Origin: a virus
Lineage: Duplodnaviria; Caudoviricetes
Virus record (IMG/VR): IMGVR_UViG_3300007643_000268
Span: 1 to 41,908 of that record
Length of the DNA stretch: 41,908 nt
Strand: one strand, 5' to 3'
Below, one piece after another: positions 1 through 9,667 of this stretch. Made by a program: the position numbers and the translations under genes. The notes under the pieces were generated by a model. The model was given only the letters and a program-made list of their open reading frames with translations, ran no database searches and had not been told where the DNA came from. Within the stretch, counting starts at the first letter, position 1, and the number at the start of each line of letters is the position of its first letter.

Positions 1-3
1 GAA

Positions 4-801
4 TCAGACCCCGATTCCGAGTCCCGCAAAGTTTGTGTAGGGGTAAACCTGTTCGACGTAGACCGAGAGCGGACGTTTCACCAGCATCTTGGCGTCGGAG
101 TCTTCAATGTCGGCATAACGAATCCAGAGATAGTCCCAGCCACGTTTCGCGACGCCAGTGATGTCACCGACTTGCAGTCCCTGCACATTTGGGCTGGCAG
201 CGAATCGATAGGAGACTTCCCAATCCTCCTGGCCACGCAACGAACCAGCTGCTCCCAGAAACAGCACTTCTCCAGATGCGAACCCCCGAAACGGCGAGTT
301 GTTAACCGTTCCCGTCAGATAGAACAGTGCTGACTTGTAAGCACCTGTGACCAGCGCAGCATCGATGTAATGTGTTTCGCTGAAGTTGTAGACGGGGACC
401 GTGATGTCGACCCCTTCAACACCATCCTTGGTCACTCCAATTCCACCACGAAAGTTGGGCGGAAAGACACCCGGCGCTGCCCAGACTCCCGTGGTTGCGA
501 GCGATTGCGTGACATGTTGCGTGCCGCCACCGGTGTCGAACGAGTATGTCGAATCACCCGTTTGCGGTGGCTCGGTGCGCCCGTAGCGGATCGAGCCTTC
601 CCAGGCGTTCTCGGAAATCCGTTCCAGATGCGTCGACTGCCGAACGAGTCCAGCGTAGACATTTGGCGTTTGCGCAATCAGTTCGCTGTGGGCTTCAATG
701 TCATCCGACGTGCCGAGGACGAGATACCGCAAATCGACCGATGGCTGTTCGCCGGCCGACTGTTCGCGTGATTCCCACTTTTCCGTCACTGTGACTGGCA
801 T
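4..801 (-). CDS. Putative tail/distal-tail protein downstream of tape measure
   Basis: 265 aa, Gly/Thr/aromatic-rich, starts 9 bp after the tape measure stop. Call is positional. Confidence 0.55.
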   Translation of the reverse strand: MPVTVTEKWESREQSAGEQPSVDLRYLVLGTSDDIEAHSELIAQTPNVYAGLVRQSTHLERISENAWEGSIRYGRTEPPQTGDSTYSFDTGGGTQHVTQSLATTGVWAAPGVFPPNFRGGIGVTKDGVEGVDITVPVYNFSETHYIDAALVTGAYKSALFYLTGTVNNSPFRGFASGEVLFLGAAGSLRGQEDWEVSYRFAASPNVQGLQVGDITGVAKRGWDYLWIRYADIEDSDAKMLVKRPLSVYVEQVYPYTNFAGLGIGV

Positions 802-810
802 GATGATCCA

Positions 811-3150
811 TTATGTAAACTGCAACCCGCCGTGATGAGCTTCATCGAGGATTCGCTTCGTGTTACGGGCGGTCTCTTCGGTCGCCTTGGCAGTCCGCTC
901 TTGATGAGTCCCTCCTCCCATACCTCGCACACCGAATGCGTTGAATGTTCCACTGACACTGACTTTGTCAGCCGCTGATTGCAGTCCCTCACCCGCCTGG
1001 CTGAGTTTGTCCTGCAGTTCGCTAAGGAGACCGGACGGAGAGGTCGCTTCCGGTCCAGACGATCCCTCAGCCTCGGATCGCTTCCGCGAAGCTTCTTCCA
1101 AAGCGGCCTGCCATTCACGGCGGGCTTCAGCGAGAGCGGAATCCGAGTCTTTCAACTCCGCATCAAACTGTTGACCGCGTCGTTGATGCTCGGCATCGCG
1201 CATGCGGTCGAGTTCGGAAAGCGTTCCCGATCGGTTACTGTCAATTTGCGATAGCCTTGCTCGACGCTCTTGTTCCCGCTGGAAGATCTCTTGATTGCGT
1301 TGTGAGTCCGCGCCTTGGTTCTTGCCTGCGACCTCATCATTGATTCGCGTGATTTCGGCTTCGGCGTTGATGTCGGAGTCGAACAGCGACTTCAGGCGAA
1401 CCCACGCTTTGCGAATGAACCCAACTGCCGTGTTCCAGGTCTTCGTCAAACCAGTCGTGAATAGCGCCCATGCGTCGGCGAGGAAGTCGACCGTTTCTGT
1501 CCAGCCAGTTTGCATTCCGGCCCACGCATTGGTCGAGACTTCAGCGGCTACGTAAACTGCCTCCGTCCAGACCGCAACAAAGAAGCGTTTGACCTCGACC
1601 CATTGCTGATTGAGAGCATTGATTCCCTTCTGCCACTCCATCTTCAGAGTCAGCCAGAGTATCCGGGCTGCCAGGCCAAGGTCGCCCGCTGCCAGGGCAT
1701 CACCGATGCCGCCGAAGGCCTGAATCGCGGTCGATTTCAGAACCTGAAACTGTTTGCCCAGCCAGCTGAGTGCCTGTCCACCGAGATCTGACGTATTGAT
1801 CAGGTAGACGCCGAGTACTCCAATCCCTGCAAGGACCAGACCGATTGGTGACAAGAGTGCTCCAAGAATTGAAGCAACCGTCCCAATCACCGTGGCGAGT
1901 CCACCGAACCCGAACGCGACGAGTTGAATGGTTCCACCGAGTCCGATGAGAGCAACACCCGCTGCCAGAAGACCAGCGATAATGCTAACCGTGGTCAACA
2001 CGAGCTGCTTGTTTTCGCCGATCCAGATTCCGAGCGCTGAAAGGAACGATGTCACAGCTCGAACTGCTGCTCGCAGTTCCGTTCCGAATGCTTCACCGAT
2101 CGCGATGGCGACACCTTCCAGTGCCGACATCAGGATTGTGGCATCACCTTTGAGCGTGTCGAGTTGGGTTCCCGCGATGCGAGAGGCGGTCCCTGAGGCA
2201 TCCCCCAACTCTGCTGTCGCTTTCCGGAGTCGATCGGCTCCCTGAGCAACCAGCTCAGCAGCGCCCGCAGCTTGCCGCGCCGGAAAGATCGTTCCCAGCA
2301 CGTGGAGTTTTTCGCCAGAACCGACGCCCGACAGCGATCCTTCGAGATCGGCCAGAATATCGGCCAATTTTCGAACGTTGCCAGCTTCATCGGTTATTCG
2401 AACTCCGAGCCGTTTCAGTTCCGATTCAGCGGCCGCGGAGGGAGATGTCAGTGAGAGCAGAATTCCACGCAGCGTCGAGCCCGCCATTTCCCCCTGAATA
2501 CCAGCATTTGAAAGCAGCTGAATCGCGGCTGTGATCTCTTCCAGCGAGATGCCCGCGGACTTCGCCATCGGCCCGACGAACTTGAACGCATCTCCCAGCA
2601 TCGTCAGATCAGTGTTGGCAGTCGTCATCGCTTTCGCCATGACATCCACCGCACTGCCCAGTTCCTCAGCGGTCAGTCCCATACCCGCCATGATTTTGGC
2701 AGCGATGTCGGCGGCCTGGCCGATCTCAATCTGACCAGCGGCGGCCAGATCCAGTGTGGGACCGATCGCAGAGAGGATCTGATCAACGTCGAATCCAGCC
2801 AACGCGAACGAGCTCATCGCTTCTGCTGCCTGACTCGCCGAAAAGACCGTTGTCGCTCCGAGTCGCTTGGCTTCCTTCTCCAGCCGTGTGAACTGGCTTT
2901 CCGTCGCTCCGGTCAGTGCTTTGACTCGGGCCATCTGCGATTCAAAGTTCGCGAACGTCTTCGCCGAGAGCGCAAAAGGAACGGCCGCGAGGATTCCCAC
3001 GGAGAGCAGCCTGCGACCGAACTGTTGAATCGACCTCCCAAACGCTTTCAGTTTTGCCTGCGCCCGGCGTAGCCCGCGAACCAGTTTTGAGTCGTCGGCA
3101 AACAACTCGACATACGCTCGAGCAGCTCTAATTGCACCAGCAGCAGGCAC
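811..3150 (-). CDS. Phage tail tape measure protein (TP901-like core)
   Basis: 779 aa, Ala/Gly-rich helical protein with the core FESQMARVKA...LGATTVFSASQAAEAM and AGIQGEMAGSTLR, hydrophobic middle segments and Trp-spaced repeats. Follows the tail chaperones. Confidence 0.95.
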   Translation of the reverse strand: MPAAGAIRAARAYVELFADDSKLVRGLRRAQAKLKAFGRSIQQFGRRLLSVGILAAVPFALSAKTFANFESQMARVKALTGATESQFTRLEKEAKRLGATTVFSASQAAEAMSSFALAGFDVDQILSAIGPTLDLAAAGQIEIGQAADIAAKIMAGMGLTAEELGSAVDVMAKAMTTANTDLTMLGDAFKFVGPMAKSAGISLEEITAAIQLLSNAGIQGEMAGSTLRGILLSLTSPSAAAESELKRLGVRITDEAGNVRKLADILADLEGSLSGVGSGEKLHVLGTIFPARQAAGAAELVAQGADRLRKATAELGDASGTASRIAGTQLDTLKGDATILMSALEGVAIAIGEAFGTELRAAVRAVTSFLSALGIWIGENKQLVLTTVSIIAGLLAAGVALIGLGGTIQLVAFGFGGLATVIGTVASILGALLSPIGLVLAGIGVLGVYLINTSDLGGQALSWLGKQFQVLKSTAIQAFGGIGDALAAGDLGLAARILWLTLKMEWQKGINALNQQWVEVKRFFVAVWTEAVYVAAEVSTNAWAGMQTGWTETVDFLADAWALFTTGLTKTWNTAVGFIRKAWVRLKSLFDSDINAEAEITRINDEVAGKNQGADSQRNQEIFQREQERRARLSQIDSNRSGTLSELDRMRDAEHQRRGQQFDAELKDSDSALAEARREWQAALEEASRKRSEAEGSSGPEATSPSGLLSELQDKLSQAGEGLQSAADKVSVSGTFNAFGVRGMGGGTHQERTAKATEETARNTKRILDEAHHGGLQFT

Positions 3151-3177
3151 ATCACTTTCCTGTTGAGCACGAAAGAA

Positions 3178-3471
3178 TTAGCGAGCATCGAGTGGCCGCC
3201 GATCGACGAAGACCTGTTTGAGCACTTCCACGCCCACACGTGGCTTGGATTCAGAAGGTAAGCTTGGCTTCGATTGCGTGTGTGGATGAAAGTCTTTCGG
3301 TCGGGCTGCCCGCGACCTCTTCGGATCGCGATGGCAATTGGAGATCAATGCCATGAGGGAAGCGGTATGGTTCCAGCGGTCGCGGCTTGAGGATTCTGCC
3401 ATCCAGCAAAGTTGACGGAGCGTCAGCAACGCTGGATCGACTCCAACAATACCCGCAAGTTCGAAAATCAA
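3178..3471 (-). CDS. Tail assembly chaperone, gpT-like part (probably expressed as a -1 frameshift fusion)
   Basis: Lies between the gpG-like gene and the tape measure, has a weak TTG start, and is in the -1 frame of the upstream ORF. That frame is open from 3648 to 3178. Confidence 0.7.
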   Translation of the reverse strand: MIFELAGIVGVDPALLTLRQLCWMAESSSRDRWNHTASLMALISNCHRDPKRSRAARPKDFHPHTQSKPSLPSESKPRVGVEVLKQVFVDRRPLDAR

Positions 3472-3926
3472 TTTCCAGACGTCGACTGGAGTGCGTTTTC
3501 GATCGCCTGATCGAACTCCGGACTCTCCACCGCTTGTAGCGCCCGATCGATCGTTGTCGTTTGACGTCGTTCGGCTGCTGTCTTCACTTTCGTGAATGCC
3601 CTTTTCAGGAGCATCCGCTTCCCTTCCTGGAAAAAATCGATCACCGCTTCAATCAGCGCGTGAACTGCTGCCTCCAGTGACGTTTCATCGAGCGATTCCC
3701 CAAACTGCTCCGTCGTCATCCCTTGCGCATCCAGCTGCGGCCGGACCAATGCGGTCAAAACATCGAACATAACGAACAGATCTTCAACCACTTTGGAGAA
3801 CGTCTCGCCCTGGGCATCAATCAGTTTCGTAAGATCAACACCAGTCAGTCCTTTAACTCGTTGCAACGTGGCGACATTGACTTCGATGGTCCAAGTCTTC
3901 CCTTTGGCATCAGTGAACGATTTCAT
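3468..3926 (-). CDS. Tail assembly chaperone, gpG-like
   Basis: Directly after the tail tube gene. Start moved to ATG 3926 (MKSFTDAKG) to remove the overlap. Contains T-TTT-TTC at 3636-3630. Confidence 0.7.
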   Translation of the reverse strand: MKSFTDAKGKTWTIEVNVATLQRVKGLTGVDLTKLIDAQGETFSKVVEDLFVMFDVLTALVRPQLDAQGMTTEQFGESLDETSLEAAVHALIEAVIDFFQEGKRMLLKRAFTKVKTAAERRQTTTIDRALQAVESPEFDQAIENALQSTSGN

Positions 3927-3928
3927 AA

Positions 3929-4363
3929 TCAGACCACCATCCATTCTGGAGGGTTATCGCTATAGGTTGGTTTGGCGGTCACACTGACCGTGATCGCTTC
4001 TTCCAGTGGCTCATTCCTGCTGAAGTTCGTAATCACCATCGCCGCCTTGAGTCCCTGGCTGCCGGTGTCCGCGATATCGCCATCCATGATCGCGAACCCG
4101 ACACCAGTTCCATCGAAGAACGCAGTCCGAATCGCAGTGAATGCCGCGTCCGTCGTATCCCAGATCATCTCGAACTCGATCGATCCATCCTTCAAAGTCG
4201 CAAGAGTCGCTCGCCAACCATTGTTGCCTCGCGTGCTGGCGTCCGCTTCACCTGCTTCAACATTGAGCGTCAGATCCTTGACGTTCTTGATCTCTGCGAA
4301 AGTTCCGGAGAAATCAACCGCGTTGTAATAGAGCTTGGCCTCAAGCCCGAGTTTCACTCCCAT
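3929..4363 (-). CDS. Major tail tube protein
   Basis: 144 aa with tail-tube-like pattern (EIKNVKDLTL..EADASTRGNNGW..GSIEFEM..ITNFSRNEPLEE), RBS AAGGAG, upstream of chaperones and tape measure. Confidence 0.85.
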   Translation of the reverse strand: MGVKLGLEAKLYYNAVDFSGTFAEIKNVKDLTLNVEAGEADASTRGNNGWRATLATLKDGSIEFEMIWDTTDAAFTAIRTAFFDGTGVGFAIMDGDIADTGSQGLKAAMVITNFSRNEPLEEAITVSVTAKPTYSDNPPEWMVV

Positions 4364-4407
4364 CGGAGCTCCTTAGAATTTATGGCTGACGATCTTTACC
4401 ACACGCC

Positions 4408-5199
4408 TTACGCACCGGGTGCAGGCGGGAACGATTCACCGGTTGATGTCGTCGCTGGAGTGCTTCCCAAGGTTGATCCAGGGCCGGAAGGCCAGCGGCC
4501 GAGCAATGGCAGATGGCTGATCGGAATTCCGTTGGTCAGCACTTCGAGGTCATCCTCGGTTGGGACATCCTCGGGAGGCGGGACGGTGTCGATCATCTCG
4601 GTGCTGGTGAACCAGGCTGCCGGGTTGTAGGCGGCCAGTTGGTCATCAGTCAGCGTGAAGTCTGGCTTGGCCGCCTCTTCCAATGGCACTCGAAACAGTT
4701 CAGTCGCCATCAGTCGATAGACACGATGGACATACTGACCGACCAGACCGGCGAACGCCTCACTGATCTCAATAGGCTTGGCGTTTTCCTGATGCTGCAT
4801 CGACTCAGTGAGCGCGAGCATGGTCAGACCGGCGTATTGCTTGAGCCACTGGTTTCGTACTCGAAAATACGGAGTCGGATAAACCAGAAATTCTTCAGGC
4901 GCCGGGAGCGCGTGGGCTGTCTCCATGTTTGGAGTGGCCGAAGCAACGGCCCGTCCCGCTAGGATCGCCCGCGCCCGCGTGCAGAGCTTGTGGATACGAG
5001 TCAGCGTGTTGATCGAGGGAGGTGTTCGCAGCCGGGCATCGGGATGCCAGAGAATCGCCTGTAAATTCCGACCAACCACGTCGGTCAGATACCGGATCGT
5101 GTCGTTTTGCGATTGCGTGTCATTGGAGAAGTTCGGCACAGCGAGTCCATATTTTCCCCAGGGTGGAACGTTGTACCAGAGAAATGCATCGTGGGTCAT
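4408..5199 (-). CDS. Hypothetical phage protein
   Basis: 263-aa ORF co-oriented in the late operon with a Pro/Thr/Gly-rich C-terminus. No recognisable motif. Confidence 0.7.
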   Translation of the reverse strand: MTHDAFLWYNVPPWGKYGLAVPNFSNDTQSQNDTIRYLTDVVGRNLQAILWHPDARLRTPPSINTLTRIHKLCTRARAILAGRAVASATPNMETAHALPAPEEFLVYPTPYFRVRNQWLKQYAGLTMLALTESMQHQENAKPIEISEAFAGLVGQYVHRVYRLMATELFRVPLEEAAKPDFTLTDDQLAAYNPAAWFTSTEMIDTVPPPEDVPTEDDLEVLTNGIPISHLPLLGRWPSGPGSTLGSTPATTSTGESFPPAPGA

Positions 5200-5251
5200 G
5201 TTGAGTCCAATGTGTTAAAGAAAGGTTGGTGTCAGTGAGTCAAGCAGCAGA

Positions 5252-6760
5252 TCACGGTTCCCGCTTCACTCCACGTCCAGCGAGAAACTGATCAATCAGT
5301 CCTTTAATCGATTCCATCGTCCCGACGGAGCCGGGATACTTGCGGGCCATCTCCGCTTCGGCCCAGGCGAACGCTTCAGCAAACGTGTCCCGTTCATACG
5401 GAGCGAAACGAGTCTCGGGGATGATCGCCTGAGGTGGAGGTGGCGAATCGACGGTCACCACGGGCGGTTTGCTGCTCGCAGTTTTCGCTGATGGTGGATC
5501 ACGAGCGAGACGTTGCCGTCGTCTCCGCATTGTCCGCCACAGTGCGATTCCTCCCAGAACTAAACCGCCAGCGCCACCCGTGGCGCCTGTCACGCCCAAC
5601 CAGGTGGTAACCGTGACCGCCTTTTCGACAAGTCCAGCAACGCGATCGAGTCGATCATTGGAGTCGGGAGCAGGTGCTGGTTCTGTGACTTCCACATTCG
5701 AAGACGTATCTGCTTCAGGTAGCGGGTTGGCTGAATCTGTCGACGCTGGGAGAGTGTCTGTAGCGACGACTTCCGGCTTAGCGTTGTCTGCTTCAGGTTG
5801 ATCCGGAATCGGATCAGATCGTGGTCGTTTGGAAATCTCTTGCTGAATGCCAAGTTGAGCGAGAAGTTGATCCGTCTCTTCATAGCCAATGATTCGGACT
5901 AATCCGGGAACGATGAACTGCGGGACTTCGTTAACGCCAAACCGTTCCGCCATTGCGGGTCGCTTATCGACATCAACGAACTCGATCGCGAATCGATTCT
6001 CCAGCTGTTGACGAAAGGCGGCGTTGTTGGCGAAGTCGTCTTTGAATCGTCGACACGGTCCACAGGTCACTGAACCGAAGACATACAGTGTCGGTGGACC
6101 AGCGGTGACAGGTTTGTCCTGCTGAATATGTTGTCGTACCGCCGCATAGGCCTGGCGTACGGCGGCTGAGGATATGAACACGCTGGTCGCACAGTCAGCG
6201 CTGTTGAGCAGTCCGCAAACTTCAGCTTTCGCATTCAGCAGTGGGCCACCACTCCACCCCGGTCCCGTACCGAATCCGAGTACGTTTCCGTTGAATGACC
6301 CGCCCGCATACTCAAACGTGCTCCATCGCAAGAGTCGTCCACTGGCCCAGCGAAGTTCACGTCGACCATTGACCTGCGGATAACCATAGGACCAGAGGCG
6401 TTCACCGATTTGAGGAGGACTGGCCGCGACTGGAAGAAATGGATAACCATCTCCTTCACAGTCATAAGTGTCAGGCCCTTCTGCTTCCGGACAGACATAG
6501 ATACGCGTTGCGGTGACAGTCCGATCTTTGAATCGAATTGTCACGGTTTTCGGCAAGTCGCAATGCCGAGCGGTCATGACCAGACCCGCTTCATCGACAC
6601 AGACTCCACTGCAGCCATCGACAAGGACAACGGCATCTTCAACGCCCGCCTGAGCAGCAGAGGCAATGGCCAGAATTGCGATCATGGCAACAATGCTATT
6701 ACGCAGTTGCGTCGTGGATCGGTAAGTCTTCAACGTCAACAATAGTATGGTCAGTAACAT
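5252..6760 (-). CDS. Exported, membrane-anchored trypsin-like serine protease fused to a thioredoxin-like domain
   Basis: Signal-like N-terminus ending AQA, S1 motifs MTARHC and GWSGGPL, CGPC in a thioredoxin-like context (..AERFGVNEVPQF), acidic/Pro linker, Gly-rich TM segment followed by RRRRQR. Catalytic Asp not clearly placed. Confidence 0.8.
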   Translation of the reverse strand: MLLTILLLTLKTYRSTTQLRNSIVAMIAILAIASAAQAGVEDAVVLVDGCSGVCVDEAGLVMTARHCDLPKTVTIRFKDRTVTATRIYVCPEAEGPDTYDCEGDGYPFLPVAASPPQIGERLWSYGYPQVNGRRELRWASGRLLRWSTFEYAGGSFNGNVLGFGTGPGWSGGPLLNAKAEVCGLLNSADCATSVFISSAAVRQAYAAVRQHIQQDKPVTAGPPTLYVFGSVTCGPCRRFKDDFANNAAFRQQLENRFAIEFVDVDKRPAMAERFGVNEVPQFIVPGLVRIIGYEETDQLLAQLGIQQEISKRPRSDPIPDQPEADNAKPEVVATDTLPASTDSANPLPEADTSSNVEVTEPAPAPDSNDRLDRVAGLVEKAVTVTTWLGVTGATGGAGGLVLGGIALWRTMRRRRQRLARDPPSAKTASSKPPVVTVDSPPPPQAIIPETRFAPYERDTFAEAFAWAEAEMARKYPGSVGTMESIKGLIDQFLAGRGVKREP

Positions 6761-6794
6761 GGATTCCCACGATCAAGTGTTGACTCAGGCGTCA

Positions 6795-7439
6795 TTACGG
6801 AAAGACGCGCGGTGTGCGTTGCGGTAGAGCCGGGAACTCGCGTTCGAATCGGAACGTTCCCTGGCGAACCAGTTCCCGCAGCAAGCAGGCGGGATTGAAT
6901 CGGGTTGGGTTTGAGCGATTCATGCGTCCCAGTCGCATGCAGACAGCGGCAACCAACTCGGAGCAAAACAGTTCATTCAGATCTGCCTGTGGGAGCAGTC
7001 GGGTCCGCTTGAACAGACGAGTCCCTGAGACGAGTGCACCACCGAGATCGTAAGTGACCCGCTGTCCAATGAAGTGCCGGACGAGGATTGCTGTCAGGAG
7101 TTTCGATTCTGACTCAGACAGTTTTTCGATCGGTGAAAGGCGATACAGGTCAACATGACCGCCGCTCGTGATGTAATCTCGGATGCGGTCTTCCGGCAGA
7201 TGGGCCTGGCAACCGTCAATTGGGTACCCGAGGATTGCACAGGGGTGTTTGCAAAGCGTGGTCGATTCGATCCAGACCATGCTGCCCTGAAATTCACACA
7301 GGACTGCGACGTGTGATGGGCCAATCTTTAGCCGTGGTGGAGCCAGTAACGATGCTGTTCCGTAACTGATCGCTTTCGCGGTGAACCCGGTCCCATAACA
7401 GGCGACAATGTCGAGTGGCTGAAACTTCAGTTCGGTCAT
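6795..7439 (-). CDS. Permuted papain-like NlpC/P60 enzyme (YiiX/YebB type)
   Basis: His motif GPSHVAV comes before YD and the Cys motif LFCSELVA, which is the circularly permuted order. Confidence 0.8.
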   Translation of the reverse strand: MTELKFQPLDIVACYGTGFTAKAISYGTASLLAPPRLKIGPSHVAVLCEFQGSMVWIESTTLCKHPCAILGYPIDGCQAHLPEDRIRDYITSGGHVDLYRLSPIEKLSESESKLLTAILVRHFIGQRVTYDLGGALVSGTRLFKRTRLLPQADLNELFCSELVAAVCMRLGRMNRSNPTRFNPACLLRELVRQGTFRFEREFPALPQRTPRVFP

Positions 7440-7720
7440 TCACGTCCTCGTAAACGGTCAAAGAGTTCGTCATGTCGGGCCAGTCGGCGACGGATGTCTT
7501 CCAGTTCGGCAGAACGCAACTGAGCGTTCGCTCGAACTTCCGCCTTGATTGCGCTAACGTCAGCGCTCATCTGCCAGGCCCACAGCACCGCTCCCACAAA
7601 CACGACAGAAACTGTGAAGCTGAGGAACGACACAAACCATTTCGGAATGACAACGAAGCCGTTGCCGTTCATGCCGAGCGGATGTTCGGGCGCAGGGATT
7701 TTGTGGGAAGATTCAGTCAC
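7436..7720 (-). CDS. Small single-TM protein with C-terminal coiled coil (holin/spanin-like candidate)
   Basis: Hydrophobic stretch FVSFLSFTVSVVFVGAVLWAW followed by a heptad-like charged tail. ATGA overlap with the NlpC/P60 gene. Confidence 0.55.
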   Translation of the reverse strand: MTESSHKIPAPEHPLGMNGNGFVVIPKWFVSFLSFTVSVVFVGAVLWAWQMSADVSAIKAEVRANAQLRSAELEDIRRRLARHDELFDRLRGRE

Positions 7721-7741
7721 GCTGTTGCCTTCAATGAATAA

Positions 7742-8299
7742 TCACGCTGCTTTGATGACAGCGTCCTGCCACATGCGAGGCAGTTCCTGATCGCGGTTCT
7801 TCTCGAATGCTGGCCCCATGAACGGACGCGGTTCGATGGGGATCGGCTTGAGTGTCACCTTGACGGGGCGTTTGCCCTGCTTGCGTTTCGCGGCAATGAT
7901 GCGGTTGATCTCCGCCTGCGAGCGTTTGCGATTTTGCTTCTTGCGTTTACGACGCGGCTCACGCTCTACTTTGCGAACAACGGTCACGCCGCCATGTTCG
8001 AGGACTTCTGGAGCACCGGTGCCACGGTTCAGTAGAATGGGACCGATGATGACCGAGCGTCGCGAGGCGTCGTACACGAAGAAGATGTAGTTCTTCAGTC
8101 GACCGGTCTGATTCGTCGGCGCCTGTCCCGGTTTCGAGGGACGTTTCCGACGACGAATGCTGGCGCGAGCGTCTGAGCGAACGTAGGCACCGAACTTTGA
8201 GAAGACTCGGCGTTCAGCGCGATTAATCGAACGCTGAACTTTCTGGCGATCGAAGAACAGGCCTTTGGCCTGATTCAGCCTGAGGCCCACTCCGACCAT
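7742..8299 (-). CDS. Neck/tail-completion protein (HK97 gp10 / virion morphogenesis-like)
   Basis: Very basic, with P..QTGRLKNYI, LEHGG and C-terminal PRPFMGPAF motifs. Located in the head-tail region. Confidence 0.75.
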   Translation of the reverse strand: MVGVGLRLNQAKGLFFDRQKVQRSINRAERRVFSKFGAYVRSDARASIRRRKRPSKPGQAPTNQTGRLKNYIFFVYDASRRSVIIGPILLNRGTGAPEVLEHGGVTVVRKVEREPRRKRKKQNRKRSQAEINRIIAAKRKQGKRPVKVTLKPIPIEPRPFMGPAFEKNRDQELPRMWQDAVIKAA

Positions 8300-8302
8300 C
8301 GG

Positions 8303-8731
8303 TTATTCCATCACTCGAAACGTCAGCGTCATCACGCTGGTGAACTGTCGGTACTGTTGCAGATGCTCCGTGGCGTAGATCGCACGATGTTCCGTCTTTA
8401 CCCAGATGGCATTCGGAAAGTTTGCCAGCCGTTTTGCCTGGAACGACTCCGCAATCTCTTCGGCCAGTGCCAAAAACCGATCGAGGTCGGCGTTGGTCTC
8501 CGTGGAGAGCTTCTGCTGCACAGCAATGTCGATTGCCACTTCCCGCTGCATACCGCCACGTCCGAGATTTCCAGTGGTCAATCCATTTGGAATCACCGTG
8601 ACATGCAGCGTCTTCAGGTCAGCGAGTTCGTAGCGCGGTTGATAGTGTCGTTGAGCTGTGAATTGCAGGCTAAACGTGTTGGCGTTCAACTCAGTAACAA
8701 CCGCATCAGCAATCTCAGTAATGACCGGCAT
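8303..8731 (-). CDS. Putative tail terminator / head-tail joining protein
   Basis: Start revised to ATG 8731 (MPVITEIADAVV), coupled by a TAATG overlap to the upstream remnant. Size, position and C-terminal beta strand (TSVMTLTFRV) fit. Confidence 0.6.
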   Translation of the reverse strand: MPVITEIADAVVTELNANTFSLQFTAQRHYQPRYELADLKTLHVTVIPNGLTTGNLGRGGMQREVAIDIAVQQKLSTETNADLDRFLALAEEIAESFQAKRLANFPNAIWVKTEHRAIYATEHLQQYRQFTSVMTLTFRVME

Positions 8732-8877
8732 TAACTCTCCGTCGTTCCAACCTGTTTTGTGTGAATCCGCAGCGATTGACGATACGCATCCAAATACCGC
8801 CAGCACGGCTCGCTACCAGGAGCAATCACTTCGTACAGGAGCGTGATGTTTCCAGCCGGTTCCTCAATCACATCGCC
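8731..8877 (-). pseudogene. 3' remnant of a head-closure/adaptor gene
   Basis: 48-codon frame GDVIEEPAGNITLLYEVIAPGSEPCWRYLDAYRQSLRIHTKQVGTTES* whose stop overlaps the next ATG. An in-frame TAA sits directly upstream (8878-8880) and there is no RBS. Confidence 0.7.
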
Positions 8878-8968
8878 TTACAAATGGAGAAGTAGCGAAT
8901 TCCATCCGTAACGTTAAACTCGTTTGCAAGTCTTGAAATCCAAAGCGTGGACCAGCTATTAAAGTGGA

Positions 8969-9667
8969 ATGGAAATGGAATCAGAAACTCTTTATGAACG
9001 CGGCTTTCAAATGCTGCTTGACGACAGCTTCGTCCTACTTCAGTGTGCAGAAGATCCTGATGAATCTCAGTCTAGCGACACGTTTATTAGAAGTTCGATA
9101 CTCGCATCAATGCTTATTCCTGAAGTTGCCGCAAACATTTGTGTTGAAACCCTCAACCTAGAGAATTCAGTGTTAAACGACATTGACCGGCTTTCTGTCA
9201 TCGCCAAATTCGACATCTTTCTACGGATGAAATTCCGCAGCCGGAAAATTGATAAAGGGATCTCTGCGGTTCAAGGGTATCAAGATGTAAAGCGACTTCG
9301 TGATCGATATGTTCACCCAAAGCGGTCGCCCATAGAGTGGAAACTGACAAACTTTGACGAGACAACAGACACATCTGAATATGTTGCCTGTCCCACTGAG
9401 ACGAGCCAGACAAAAATAGGTATGCATCCAGCATACTGGACAATCGAAGATGCAAAGAGAGTCATGATTGCCGTGCATTCATTCATGTCTTACGTTTTTC
9501 GAGACTGTTGTAAATATTCTTCGAAACGAACGACATCACTTCTATTTTCAGAGATGAATGTCCCCAACCCAGACGAGGAATTTTACCCTTACTATGATCG
9601 ATCACTCAAACGGTTGTTGAGAGATTGGGGAGTCGACATGTCTTATTTGAAACTGTGCTGGAACTAA
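8969..9667 (+). CDS. HEPN-motif protein (putative RNase toxin / abortive-infection effector)
   Basis: 232 aa, helical character, Rx4H motif RDRYVH at 9299-9316. More AT-rich than its flanks and antisense to the late operon. Confidence 0.65.
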   Translation: MEMESETLYERGFQMLLDDSFVLLQCAEDPDESQSSDTFIRSSILASMLIPEVAANICVETLNLENSVLNDIDRLSVIAKFDIFLRMKFRSRKIDKGISAVQGYQDVKRLRDRYVHPKRSPIEWKLTNFDETTDTSEYVACPTETSQTKIGMHPAYWTIEDAKRVMIAVHSFMSYVFRDCCKYSSKRTTSLLFSEMNVPNPDEEFYPYYDRSLKRLLRDWGVDMSYLKLCWN

